DNA of 64,000 nucleotides from assembly GCF_009914755.1 (NCBI RefSeq), contig NC_060927.1. One strand, given 5' to 3'. The notes beneath the pieces are model-generated. The model worked only from the letters and a program-made list of their open reading frames with translations. It made no database searches and had not been told where the DNA came from. The stretch is from the human T2T-CHM13v2.0 reference genome, Homo sapiens. The stretch's first letter is position 1. Every line of letters begins with the position of its first letter. The translations under genes were made by a program, and so were the position numbers. Below, one piece after another: positions 13,135 to 25,896 of the stretch.

Positions 13135-14023
13135 AAAGAAATTCTTTTGGGAAAAGGAAAATTGTCTAAGTCAGAGACTAGGATTTACAAAAAGAAAGGA
13201 AAAATATCACAGAAGGTAAAATAAAAACTTTTCTTTTTCTTATTTTTAATTGATCTAACAAATAACAGTTTCTTCAAAATAACAGCAACAATAGATTATA
13301 TATGCACATGTAAATATATATATGTGTTTAAATGTAAGTGAAATGAATGATTGCAACAACACAAGGAATGGAAGGAAAAATTGAGATTGTGTTGTTATTA
13401 TAACATACTCACATTACCTGTGCAGCAGTATAGTGTCATTTATTTATTTATTTTCTTTCAATACGTTTTTGGTGAATAGGTGGTGTTTGGTTATCTAGTG
13501 GTAATTTCTGAGATTTTGGTGCACTCATTGCTCGAGCAGTGTACACTGTACCCAATGTGTAGTCTTTTATCCCTTACCCCCTCCCACTCTTTCCCTCAAG
13601 TTTCCAAAGTCCATTGTATAATTCTTATGCCTTTGCATCCTCGTAGCTTAGCTCCCACTTATGAGTGAAAATATATGATGTTTGGTTTTCTATTCCTGAG
13701 TTACTTCACTTAGAATAATGATCCCCAATTTCATCCAGGTTGCTGTACATGCCATTATTTTGTTGCTTTTTATGGCTGAGTGGTATTCCATGGTGTGTGT
13801 GTATATATATATAAATATATATCTCACAGTTTTTCATCCAATCATTGATTGATGGGCATTTGGGCTGGTTCCATATTTTTGCAATCACAAATTGTGCTGC
13901 TATAAACATGCGTGTGCAAGTGTGTTTTTCATTTAACGATTTTTTTTTTCTTATGGATAGATACCCAGTAGTGGGATTGCTGGATCAAATGGTAGTTCTA
14001 CTTTTAGTTTTTTAAGCAATCTC

Positions 14024-14195
14024 CACATTGTTTTCCATAATGGTTGTTTTCCATAATGGTTGTTTCCATAATGGTTGTTTCCATAATGGTTTTCCATAAT
14101 GGTTGTACACTAATGCTTTCCATAATGGTTGTACTCCACATTGTTTTCCATAATGGTTGTACTGATGGGAATGTACTAGTTTACATTCCCATCAG
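14024..14195. repeat. Complex local repeat: seven copies of ttccataatggtt plus a 14-bp inverted repeat
   Basis: Read directly. ctgatgggaatgta (14162-14175) is the reverse complement of tacattcccatcag (14182-14195). Confidence 0.92.
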
Positions 14196-14203
14196 CATTG
14201 TAA

Positions 14204-14455
<252 letters not shown>

Positions 14456-14600
14456 TAAACACATGCCATGGTGGTTTGCTGCACCCATCAACCCATCATA
14501 TTAGGTATTTCTCCTAATGCTATCCTTCCCTAGTCCCCCACCCCCCCGACAGGCCCTGGTGTGTGATGTTCTCCTACCTGTGTCCATGTGTTCTCATTGT

Positions 14601-17600
14601 TCAACTCTTACTTACGAGTGAGAACATGAGATGTTTGGTTTTCAGTTCCTGTGTTAGTTTGCTGAGAATGATGGTTTCCAGCTTCATCCATGTCTCTGCA
14701 AAAGACATGAACTCATCCTTTTCTATGGCCACATAGTATTCCATGATGTATATGTGCCATATTTTTTTATCCAGTCTATCACTGATGGGCATTTGGGTTG
14801 GTTCCAAGTCTTTGCTATTGTAAACAGTGCTACAATAAACATATGTGTGCAAGTGTCTTTATAGTAGAATGATTTATAATCCTTTGGGTGTGTACCCAGT
14901 AATGGGATTGCTGGGTCAAATGGTATTTCTGGTTCTAGATCCTTGAGGAATAGCCACACTGTCTTCCACAATAGTTGAACTAATTTACACTCTCACCAAC
15001 AGTGTAACAGCATTCCTTTCTCTCCACATCCTCTTCAGCATCTGTTGTTTCCTGACTTTTTGATGATTGCCATTCTAATTGGCATGAGATGGTATCTCAT
15101 TGTGGTTTTGATTTGCATACCTCTAATGACCAGTGATGATGAGCTTTTCTTCATATGTTTGTTGGCTGCATAAATGTCTTCTTTTGAGAAGTGTCTGTTC
15201 ATATACTTTGCCCACTTTTTGATGGGGTTGCTTTTTTCTTGTAAATTTAAGTTCCTTGTAGATTCTGGATATTAGTTTAAGTTCCTTGTAGATTCTGGAT
15301 ATTAGCCCTTTGTCAGATGGATAGATTGCAAAAATTTTCTCCCATTCTGTAGGTTTTCTTTTCACTCTGATGATAGATTCTTTTGCTGTACCAAAGCTCT
15401 TTAGTTTAATTAGATCCCATTTGTCAATTTTGGCTTTTGTTGCCATTTCTTTTGGTGTTTTAGTCATGAAGTCTTTGCCCATGCCTACGTCCTGAATGGT
15501 ATTGCCTAGGTTTTCTACTGGGGTTTTTATGGTTTTAGATCTCATGTTTAAATCTTTAATCCATCTTGCGTTAATTTTTGTATAAGGTATAAAGAAGGGA
15601 TCCAGTTTCAGTTTTCTGCATATGGCTAGCCAGTATCCCCCACACCATTTATTAAATAGGGAACCCTTTCCCCGTTGCTTGTTTTTGTTAGGTTTGTCAA
15701 AGATCAGATGGTTGTTGATGTGTGGTGTTATTTCTGAGGCCTCTGTTCTGTTCCAGTGGTCTATATATCTGTTTGGTACCAGTACCATGCTGTTTTGGTT
15801 ACCGTAGCCTTGTAGTATAGTTTAAAGTCAGGTAGCATTAAGCCTCCAGCTTTGTACTTTTTGCTTTGTTTTTGCTTATGATTGTCTTGACTATACAGGC
15901 TCTTTTTTGGTTCCATATGAAATTTAAAGTAGTTTTTTATAATTCTGTGAAGAATGTCAATGGTAACTTGATGGGGACAGCATTGAATCTATAAATTACT
16001 TTGGGTGGTATGGCCATTTTCACAATATTGATTCTTCCTATCCATGAGCATGGAATGTTTATCCACTTGTTTTTGTCCTCTCTTATTTCCTTGAGCAGTG
16101 GTTTGTAGTTCTCCTTGAAGAGGTCCTTCACATCCCTTGTAAGTTGTATTCCTAGGTATTTCATTCTCTTTGTAGCAATTGTAAATGGGAGTTCACTCAT
16201 GATTTGGCTCTCTGTTTGTCTACTATTGGTGTATAGGCATGCTTGTGGTTTTTGCACTTGATTTTGCATCCTGAGACTTTGCTGAAGTTGCTTATCAGCT
16301 TAAGGAGATTTTGGGCTGAGATGATGGGGTTTTCTAAATATACGATCATGTCATCTGCAAACAGGGACAATTTGACTTCCTCTCTTCCTATTTGAATACA
16401 CTTTATTTCTTTCTCTTGCCTGATTGCCCTGGCCAGAACTTCCAATAGTATGTTGAATAGGAGTGGTGAGAGAAGGAATCCTTGTCTTATGCCAGTTTTC
16501 AAAGGGAGTGCTTCCAGCTTTTGCCTATTCAGTATGATATTGGCTGTGGGTTTGTCATATATAGCTCTTATTATTTTGAGATACATTCCATCAATACCTA
16601 GTTTATTGAGAGTTTTTAGCATGAAGGGTTCTTGAATTTTATTGAAGGCTGCTTCTGCATATATTGAGATAATCATGTGGTTTTTATTATTGGTTCTGTT
16701 TATATGATGGATTACATTTATTGATTTGCATTTGTTGAACCAGCCTTGCATCCCAGGGATGGAGCCAATTTGATCATGGTGGATAAGCTTTTTGATGTGC
16801 TGCTGGATTTGCTTTGCCGGTATTTTACTGAGGATTTTCGCATCCATGCACGTTCATTAGAGATATTGGCTTGAAATTTTTTGTTGTTGTTGTGTCTCTG
16901 CCAGGTTTTGGTTTCAGGATGATGCTGGACTCATAAAATGAGTTAGGGAGGAGTCCCTCTTTTACTGTTGTTTGGAATAGTTTCACAAGGAATGGTACCA
17001 GCTCCTCCTTGTACCTCTGGTAGAATTTGGCTGTGAATCCATCTGGTCCTGAGCTTTTTGTGATGGGTGGGCTATTAATTACCACCTAATTTTCAGACCT
17101 TGTTACTGGTCTACTCAGGAATTTGACTTCTTCCTGGTTTAGTCTTCGGAGGGTGTATGTGTCCAGGAATTCATCCATTTCTTCAAGGTTTTCTAGTTTA
17201 TTTGCGTAGAGATTTTTATAGGATTCTCTGACGGTGGTTTGTATTTCTGTGGGATCAGTGGTGATATCCCCTTTATCATTTTTAATTGTGTCTATTTGAT
17301 TCTTCTCTCTTTTCTTCTCCAATAGTGTGGCTAGCAGTCTATCTATTTTGTTAATCTTTTCAAAAAACCAGCTCCTGGATTCATTGATTTTTGTGAAGGG
17401 TTATTCATGTCTCTATGTCCTTCAGTTCTGCTCTGATCTTAGTTATTTCATGTCTTCTGCTAGCTTTTGAATTTATTTGCTCTTGCTTTTCTAGTTCTTT
17501 TAATTATGATGTTAGGGTGTTGATTTTAGATCTTTCCCACTTTCCCCTGTGGGCATTTAGTGCTATAAATTTTTCTCTAAACACTGCTTTAGCTGTGTCC

Positions 17601-18457
17601 CAGAGATTCTGGTACATTGTGTCTTTGTTCTCATTGGTTTTAAAGAACTTACTTATTTCTCCCTTAATTTCATTATTTACCCAGTAGTCATTCAGGAGCA
17701 GGTTGTTCAGTTTCCATGCACTTGTATGGTTTTGAGTGAGTTTCTTAACCCTGAGTTCTAATTTGACTGTGCTGTGGTCTAAGAGGCTGTTTGTTATGAT
17801 TTCCATTCTTTTGCATTTGCTGAGGAGTGTTTTACTTCCAATTATGTTGTCGATTTTAGAGTAAGTGCTGTCTGGTGCTAAGAAGAATGTGTATTCTGTT
17901 GATTTGGGGTAGAGTAGATGTCTACCAGGTCCACTTGGTCCAGAGCTGAGTTCAAGTCCTGAATATCCTTGTTAATTTTCTATCTCGTTGATCTGTCTAA
18001 TGTTGACAGTGGGATGTTAAAGTCTCCTACTATTATTGTGTGGGAGTCTAAGCCTCTTTGTAGGTCTCTAAGAGCTTGCTTTATGAATCTCGGTGCTCCT
18101 GTATTGGGTGCATATATATTTAGCATAGTTAGCTCTTCTTGTTGCATTGATCCCTTTACCATTATGTAATGGCCTTCTTTGTCTCTTTTGATCTTTGTTG
18201 GTATAAAGTCTGTTTTATCAGCAACTAGGATTGCAACCCTTGCTTTTTTTTTGCTTTCCATTTTCTTGGTAAATCTTCCTCCATCCCTTTATTTTGAGCC
18301 TATGTGTGTCTTTGCAAATGAGATGGGTCTCCTGAATACAGCACACCGACGGGTCTTGACTCTTTATCCAATTTGCCAGCCTGTGTCTTTTCATTGGGGA
18401 ATTTAGCCCATGTACATTTAAGGTTAATATTGTTAGGTGTGAATTTGATCCTGTCAT
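14601..18457 (-). pseudogene. Disrupted L1 ORF2 (endonuclease / reverse transcriptase)
   Basis: Track fragments MTGSNSHLTILTLNVHGLNSP..., [30 protein letters not shown], and C-terminal WMKLETIILSKLTQ. Split across frames by stops and frameshifts. Confidence 0.93.
15246..15305. repeat. Perfect 30-bp tandem duplication inside L1PA7 ORF2
   Basis: tttaagttccttgtagattctggatattag x2; translates as [10 protein letters not shown] twice. Confidence 0.95.
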
Positions 18458-18520
18458 TATGATGCCAGCTGGTTATTTTGCCCATTAGTTGATGCAGTTT
18501 CTTCTTAGTGTCGATGGTCT

Positions 18521-19572
18521 TTACATTTTGGTATGTTTTTGCAGTGGCTGATATTGGTTTTTCCTTTCCATATTTAGTGCTTCCTTCAGAAGCTGTTGTA
18601 AGGCAGTCCTGATGGGGACAAAATCTCTCAGCATTTGGTGGTCTGTATTTCTCCTTCACTTACGAAGGAGAAGGATTGTATTTCTCCTTTGCTTATGAAG
18701 CTTAGTTTGGCTGGGTATGAAATTCTGGGTTGAAAATTCTTTTCTTTAAGACTGTTGAATATTGGCCCCCCAGTCTCTTCTGGCTTGTAGGGTTTCTGCA
18801 GAGATATTTGCTGTTAGTCTGATGGGCTTCCCTTTGTGGGTAACCCAGCCTTTCTCTCTGGCTGCCCTTAACATTTTTTCCATCATTTCAACCTTGGTGA
18901 ATCTGATGATTGTATGTCTTGGGGTTGCTCTTCTCGAGGAGTATCTTTTTGGTGTTCTCGGTATTTCCTGAATTTGAATGTTGGCCTGCCTTGCTAGGTT
19001 GTGGAAGTTCTGCTGGATCAAATCCTGAAGACTGTTTTCCAACTTGGTTCCATTCTCCCCCTCACTTTCAGGTACACTAATCAAATGTAGGTTTGGTCTT
19101 TTCACATAGTTCCATATTTCTTGGAGGCTTTGTTCGTTCCTTTTCATTCTTCTTTTTTTCTAATCTTGTCTTCATGCTTTATTTTATTAAGTTGATCTTC
19201 AATCACAGACATCCTTTCTTCCTGTTGATCAATTCAGCTATTGATACTTACGTATGCTTCATGAAGTTTTCATGCTGTGTTTTTCAGCTCCATCAGGTCA
19301 TTTATGTTCTTCTCTAAACTGGTTATTCTAGTTAGCCATTTTTCTAACCTTTTTTTAAAGGTTCTTAGCTTCCTTGAATTGAATTAGAACATGCTCCTTT
19401 AGCTCAGAGGAATTTGTTATTACCTACCTTCTGAAGCCTACTTCTGTCAATTTGTCAAACTCATTCTCCATCCAGTTTTGTTTCCAACTGGCAAGGAGTT
19501 GTGATCCTTTGGAGGAGAAGAGGCATCCTAGTTTTTGGCATTTTCAGCCTTTTTGCGCTGGTTTTTCCTCAT
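18521..19572 (-). pseudogene. Disrupted L1 ORF1 (RNA-binding chaperone)
   Basis: ATG at 19572 (rc atgaggaaaaaccagcgc); fragment MKRNEQSLQEIWNYVKRPNL...RATPRHTIIRFTKVEM; frameshifted. Confidence 0.88.
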
Positions 19573-20907
19573 CTCCATGGATTTATCTACCTTTGTTCTT
19601 TGATGTTGGTAACCTTCAGATGGAGTTTTGTGTGGACATCCTTTTTTTGATGTTGATGCTATTGCTTTCTGTTTGTTAGTTTTCCTTCTAACAGTCAGGC
19701 CTCTCTGCTACAGGTCTGCTGGAGTTTGCTGGAGGTCCACTCCAGACCCTGTTTACCTAGGTGTCACCAGCAGAGGCTGCAGAACAGCAAAGATGGCTGC
19801 CTGTTCCTTCCTCTGGAAGCTTTGTCCCAGAGGGGCACCCGCCAGATGTCAGCCAGAGCTCTCCTGTATGAGGTGTCTGTCGACCTCTGCTGTGAGGTTT
19901 CTCCCAGTCAGGAGGCACAGGGGTCAGGGACCCACTTGAAGAGGCAGTCTGTCCCTTAGCAGAGCTCAAGAGCTGTGTTGGGAGATCCACTGCTCTCTTC
20001 AGAGCCAGCAGGCAGGAACGTTGAAGTCTGCTGAAGCTGCGCACACAGCTGCCCCTTCCCCCAGGTGTTCTGTCCCAAGGAGATGGAAGTTTTATCTATA
20101 AGCCCCTGACTGGGGCTGCTGCCTTTCTTTCAGAGATGCCCTGCCCAGAAAGAAGAATCTGGAGAGGCAGTCTGGCTACAGTGACTTTCCAGAGCTGCAG
20201 TGGGCTCCACCCAGTTCAAACTTCCCAGCAGCTTTGTTTACACTGTGAGGGGAAAACCACCTACTCAAGCCTCAGTAATAGCAGCTGCCCCTCCCTCCAC
20301 CAAGCTCGAGCATCCCAGGTCAACTGCAAGCTGCTGTGCTGGCAGTGAAAATTTCTATCCAGTGGATCTTAGCTTGCTGGGTTCCATGGGGGTGGGATCC
20401 ACTGAGCTAGACCACTTGGCTCCCTAGCTTCAGCCCCCTTTCCAGGGGACTGAATGGTTCTGTCTCATTGGCATTCCAGGTGCCACTGGGGTATGAAAAA
20501 TAACTCATGCAGCTAGCTGGGTGTCTGCCCAAACAGCCGCCCAGTTTTGTGCTTGAAGCCCAGGGCCCTGGTGGTACAGGCACCTGAGGGAATCTCCTGG
20601 TCTGTGAGTTGAAAGGACCACAGGAAAAGAATAGTCTCTGGGCCAGAATGCACTGTTCCTAATGGCATAGTCCCTCACAGCTTCCCTTGGCTAGGGGAGG
20701 GAGTTCCCCAACCCCTTACACTTCCCAGGTGAGGTGATGCCACACCCTGCTTTGGCTCACCCTCTGTGGGCTGCACCCACTGTCTAACCACTCCCAATGA
20801 GATGAGCCTGGTACCTCACTTGAAATGCAGAAATCACCCACCTTCTGTTTTGATCTCGCTGGGAGCTGCAGACTGGAGCTCTTCCTATTCAGCCATCTTC
20901 CCAGCCA

Positions 20908-21043
20908 CTAATTTTGCATTTTTAGTAGAGATGGTGTTTCACTTTGTTGGTCAGGCTGGTCTCAAACTCCTGACCTCAGGTGATCCACTTACCTTGGCCT
21001 TCCAAAGTGCTAAGATTACTGGCATGAGCCACTGCGCCTGGCC
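20908..21043 (-). mobile_element. Left monomer of the AluS split by L1PA7
   Basis: ctaattttgcatttttagtagagatgg...gagccactgcgcctggcc, after which L1PB sequence resumes. Confidence 0.92.
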
Positions 21044-22592
21044 TATTTTTTGATCATGGCCATTCTTGCAAGAGTAAGATGGTACCACATTGTGATTTTG
21101 ATTTGCATGTCCCTGGTCATTAGTGATGTTGAGCATTTCTTCATATGTTTGTTAGCCATTTGTATATCTTCTTCTGAGAATTGTCTATACATGTCCTTAG
21201 CTCACTTCTTGATGGGATTGTTTGTTTTTATCTTGCTGATTTCTTTGAGTTCCTTGTAGATTCTGGATATTAGTCCTTCGTTGGATGTAGAGATTGCCAA
21301 GATATTCTCCCAGTCTGTGAGTTGTCTGTTTACTCTGCTGATTGGTCCTTTTGCTGTACAGAAGTTTTCAGTTTTATTAAGTCCCATCTATTTATCTTTT
21401 GGTTGCATTTGCTTTTGTGTTCTTGGTCATCAACTCCTTGCCTAAGCCAATGTCTAGAAGGGTTTTTCTGATGTCATTTTCTAGAATTTTTATGGTTTCA
21501 GGTCTTAGATTTAAGTCTTTGATCCATCTTGGGTTGATTTTTGTATAAGGTGAGAGATGATCCAGTTTCATTCTTCTACATGTGGCTTGCCAATTATCCC
21601 AGCACCATATGTTGAATAGAATGTCCTATCCCCACTTTATGTTTTTGTTTGCTTTGTCAAAGATCAGTTAGCTATAAGTATTTGGCTTTATATCTGGGTT
21701 CTCTATTCTGTTCCATTGGTCTACGTGCTTATTTTTACACCAATATCATGCTGTTTTGGTGACTATGGCCTTATGGTATAGTTTGAGGTTGGGTAATGTG
21801 ACGCCTCCAGATTTCTTTCTTTCTTTTTTTTTTTTTTTTTTTTTTTTTTGCTCTGTCTTGCTTTGGCTATGCAGGCTCTTTTTGGGTTTCATATGAATTT
21901 TAGGATTTTTTTTCTAGTTCTCTGAAGAATGATGATAGTATTTTGGTAGAAATAGCATTGAATTTGTAGATAGCTTTTGGCAGTATGATTATTTTTACAA
22001 TATTGATTCTACGCATCCATTAGCATGGGATGTGTTTCCATTTGTTTGTGACATCTATGATTTCTTTCAGCAGTGTTTTGTAGTTTACTTTGTAGAGATC
22101 TTTCACCTCCTTTGTTAGGTATATTCCTAAGTATTTTTTTTTTTTTTTGCAGATGTTGTAAAAGGGATTGAGTTCTTGATTTGATTCTCAGCTTGGTCAT
22201 TGTTCGTGTATAGCAGAGCTACTAATTTGTGGACATTAATTTTGTATCCTGAAACTTTGCTGAATTCATTTATTTCTAGGAGCTTTATGGAGAAATCTTT
22301 AGGATTTTTTAGGTATACAATCATATCATCAGCAAACAGTGACAGTTTGACTTCCTCTCTACCAATTTGGATGCTCTTTATTCTTTCTCTTGTCTGATGG
22401 CTCTGGCTAGGACTTCCAGTACTATTATGAAGACAAGTGGTAGAAATGGGCATCCTCATCTTGTTCCAGTTCTCAGGGGGAATGCTTTCAACTTATCCCC
22501 ATTCAGTATTATGTTGGCTGTGGGTTTGTCATAGATGGTTTTTACTACCTTGACATAGAAGGTATGTTTCTTCTATGTCAATTTTGCTAAGC

Positions 22593-22665
22593 GTTTTAAC
22601 TATAAAGGGATGCTGGATTTAATCATAAAGGGATGCTGGGTTTTAATCATAAAGGGATGCTAGAT
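22593..22665. repeat. Imperfect triplication of ~22 bp (tttaatcataaagggatgctgg) in L1PB ORF2
   Basis: Three ataaagggatgct cores read directly. Confidence 0.88.
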
Positions 22666-23126
22666 GCATTTATTGAGATGATCATGTGATTTTGTTTTTA
22701 ATTCTGTTTATGTGGTGTATTCCATTTACTGATTTCGTATGTTGAACCATTTCTTAATACCTGATAGGAAACCCACTTGATCATAGTTGATTATCCTTTT
22801 GATATGCTATTGGATTCAGGGTTTTTGTTTTTGTATTTTGTTGAAGATTTTGGTGTCTATATTTATCAGGGATATTGTTCTCTTTTTTTCTTTTTTTGTT
22901 ATATCCTTTTTTGGTTTTGGTATCAGGGCGATACTGGCTTCATAGAATGACTTAGAAAGGATTCCCTCTTTCTCTATCTTTTGGAATAGTGTCAATAGGA
23001 TTGCTACCAACTCTTCTTTGAATGTCTGATAGAATTCAGCTGTGAATTCATCTGGTCCTGGACTGTTTTTTGTTGCTGGCAATTTTATATTACCACTTCA
23101 ATCTCGCCGTTTGTTATTGGTCTGTC

Positions 23127-23629
23127 TAAGGCAGGGAAATGGGGCCTGGAGACAGGGAACATAAGGCCAATCCACAATGAATTCCTAGAACTAAATCAAA
23201 TGAAAGCACTTCAGCAATGACAGGAATATGAATGGCTTTGTAACTTCACTTCATCCTCTCCATTCATGCCATTTACACTTTGTAACTTCACATTCATCCT
23301 CTCCGTTTACATAGATCACACACACCAAATAACATCCTCTCAATTTATAATAGGACACATTCTGAGTAAATGATCTGTGACTTCACTTCATTCTCTTTGT
23401 TTATACAGAATATACACCAAGTAACCAATGGGAAATGTCTAGAGTATTGAAACCCCAGAAAATTCTGTAAGTGGGGCTCTTGAGCCCCCCTACACTCAGG
23501 TCACTCCCACACTGTGGAGTGTACTTTCATTCTCAATAAATCCCTGCTTTTGCTTTCCTCGTTTTTTTCTGCATTTTGACCAATTCTTCATTGAGATGCC
23601 AAGAACCTGGACACCTTCTACCAGTAACA
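23127..23629 (+). mobile_element. Solo ERV1-class LTR (MER83/MER84-like)
   Basis: Starts taaggcagggaaatggggcctggagacagggaacataaggcc; aataaa near 23535; ends caagaacctggacacc...taaca. 4-bp TSD tgtc/tgtt within L1PB. Confidence 0.8.
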
Positions 23630-24966
23630 TGTTCAGAGTTTCTATTTATTCTTGGTTTAATCTAGGATGGTTGTATATTTCCAGTAATTTATCCATCATT
23701 TCTAGGTTTTCTAGTTTATGCACCTAAATGCATTCATAGTAGCCTTGAATGATCTCTTGTATTTCTGTAGTATCAGTCGTAATATCTCCTGTTTTCTTTC
23801 TAATTGAGCTCATTTGGATCTTCTCTCTTCTTGGTTAATCTCACTAATGGTCTATCAATTTTATTTATCTTTTCAAAGAACCAGCTTTTTGTTAAATTTA
23901 TCTTTCGTATTTTTTTTTGTTTCTGTTTCATTTAGTTCTGCTCTGATCATTGTTATTTCTTTTCTTCTGTTGGGTTTGGGTTTGGTTTATTCTTGTTTCT
24001 CTAGTTTCTTGAGGTGTGTCCTTAGATTGTCTATTTGTACTCTTTCAGACTTTTTGATGTAGGCATTTAAGGGTTTGAACTTTCCTCTTAGCACTGGCTT
24101 TGCTGTATTTCAGAGGTTTTGTTAAGTTCTGTCACAATTTACTTTCAGTTCAAATAATTTTTTAATTTCCATCTTAATTTCATTGTTGAGCCAATGATCA
24201 TTCAGAAGCAGGTTATTTAATTTCCATGTATTTGCATAGTTTTAAGCATTTCCTTTGGAGTTGACTTCCAATTTTATTCCTCTATGGTCTGAGAGAGTAC
24301 TTGATATAATTTCAATTTTCTTAAATTTGTTGAGACTTGTTTTGTAGCCTATCGTATAGTCTATCTTGAAGAATGTTGCATGTGTGGATGAATAGAATGT
24401 ATACACCGCAGTTGTGGGGTAGAATGTTCTGAAACAAAAAATCCATTGTTTTGTTGTTGACTTTCTGTCTTGATGACCTGTCTACTGCCTCCAATGGAGT
24501 ACTGAAGTCCCCCACTATTATTGTGTTTCTGTCTATCTTATTTCTTAAGTCTAGTAGTAATTGTTTTATAAATCTGGGAGCTCCAGTGTTAGGTACATAT
24601 ATATTTAGGATTGTGATATTTTCCTATTGGACAAGTCCTTTTATCATTATATAATGTCCCTCTTTGTGTTTTTTAACTGCTGTTGCTTTAAAGTTTGCTT
24701 TGTCTGATATATGAATAGCTACTCCTGCTCACTTCTGGCATCTACTTGCATGGAATATATTTTTCCACCCCTTTATCTTAAGTTAAGTGAGACATTACGT
24801 GTTAGATGAGTCTCTTGAAGGTAGCAGATACTTGGTTAGTGAATTCTTATCCGTTCTGCCATTCAGTATCTTTTAAGTTGAGCATTTAGGCCATTTACAT
24901 TCAATGTTAGTATTCAGATGTGAATTACTATTCTATTCATCATGCTATTTGTTGCCTGAATACCTT

Positions 24967-24969
<3 letters not shown>

Positions 24970-25010
<41 letters not shown>
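24970..25010. repeat. (GT)20 microsatellite
   Basis: Perfect dinucleotide run. Confidence 0.98.
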
Positions 25011-25012
<2 letters not shown>

Positions 25013-25781
25013 CTTTTATTGGCCCTGTGATATTTATGCTTTAAGAAGGTTCTATTTTGCTGTATTTCAAGGATTTGTGTCAAGATTTAGAGCTCCTTTT
25101 AGCAGTTCTTATAATGCTGACTTGGTTGTGGTAAATTCTCTTAGCATTTGTTTGTCTAAAAAATACTGTATCTTTCCTTCATTTATGAAGCTTAGTTTCA
25201 CTGGATACAAAATTCTTGGCTGAAAATAGGAGGCTAAAGATAGGGCCCCAATCCCTTCTAGCTTGTAAGGTTTCTGCTGAGAAATTTGCTGTTAATCTGA
25301 TGGGTTTTCCCTTATAGGTTACCTGGTGCCTTTACCTCCAAGCTCTTAAGATTCTTTCCTTCATCTTGACTTTAGATAACCTGATGACTATGTGCCTAGG
25401 TGATCTTTTTGTGATAAATTTCCCAGGTGTTCTCTGAGCTTCTTGTATTTTGATGTCTGGATATCTAGCAAGGTCAGGGAAGTTTTCCTCAATTATTTCC
25501 TCAAATATGTTTTCCAAACTTTTAGATTTCTCTTCTTCTTCAGGAACACCAATTATGCTTAGGTTTCATCATTTAACATATTCCCAGACTTCTTGGAGGC
25601 TTTGTTCTTTTTTTATTCTTTTTTCTTCAACTTTGTTGGATTGGGTTAATTTGAAAACCTTGTCTTTGAGCTCTGAAGTTCTTTCTTCTGCTTTTTCGAT
25701 TCTATAAGTGAGACTTTCCAGTGTATTTTGCATTTCTCTAAGTGTGTCCTTCATTTCCAGAAGTTGTGATTGTTTTTATTT

Positions 25782-25896
25782 ATTCTATTTATTTCACCGA
25801 AGATTTTTCCCTTCAGATCTTGTATCTTTTTTATTTCTTCTATTTATTTCACCAAAGATTTTTCCCTTCATATCTTGTATCTTTTTTTTATTTCAT
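25782..25896. repeat. Imperfect ~55-bp tandem duplication in L1PB ORF1
   Basis: ttctatttatttcacc(g/a)aagatttttcccttca(g/t)atcttgtatctttttt x2. Confidence 0.88.

Noticed and set aside
14024-14160. Short direct repeats with variable spacers resembling a CRISPR array
   Set aside because: Units are 13-16 bp, spacers are tiny and locally derived, the context is a primate L1, and there are no cas genes.
15123-16847. Longest ORFs in the track (221 aa, 216 aa) as functional genes
   Set aside because: They are fragments of a frameshifted L1PA7 ORF2; no intact ORF1 or ORF2 remains, so the element is not autonomous.
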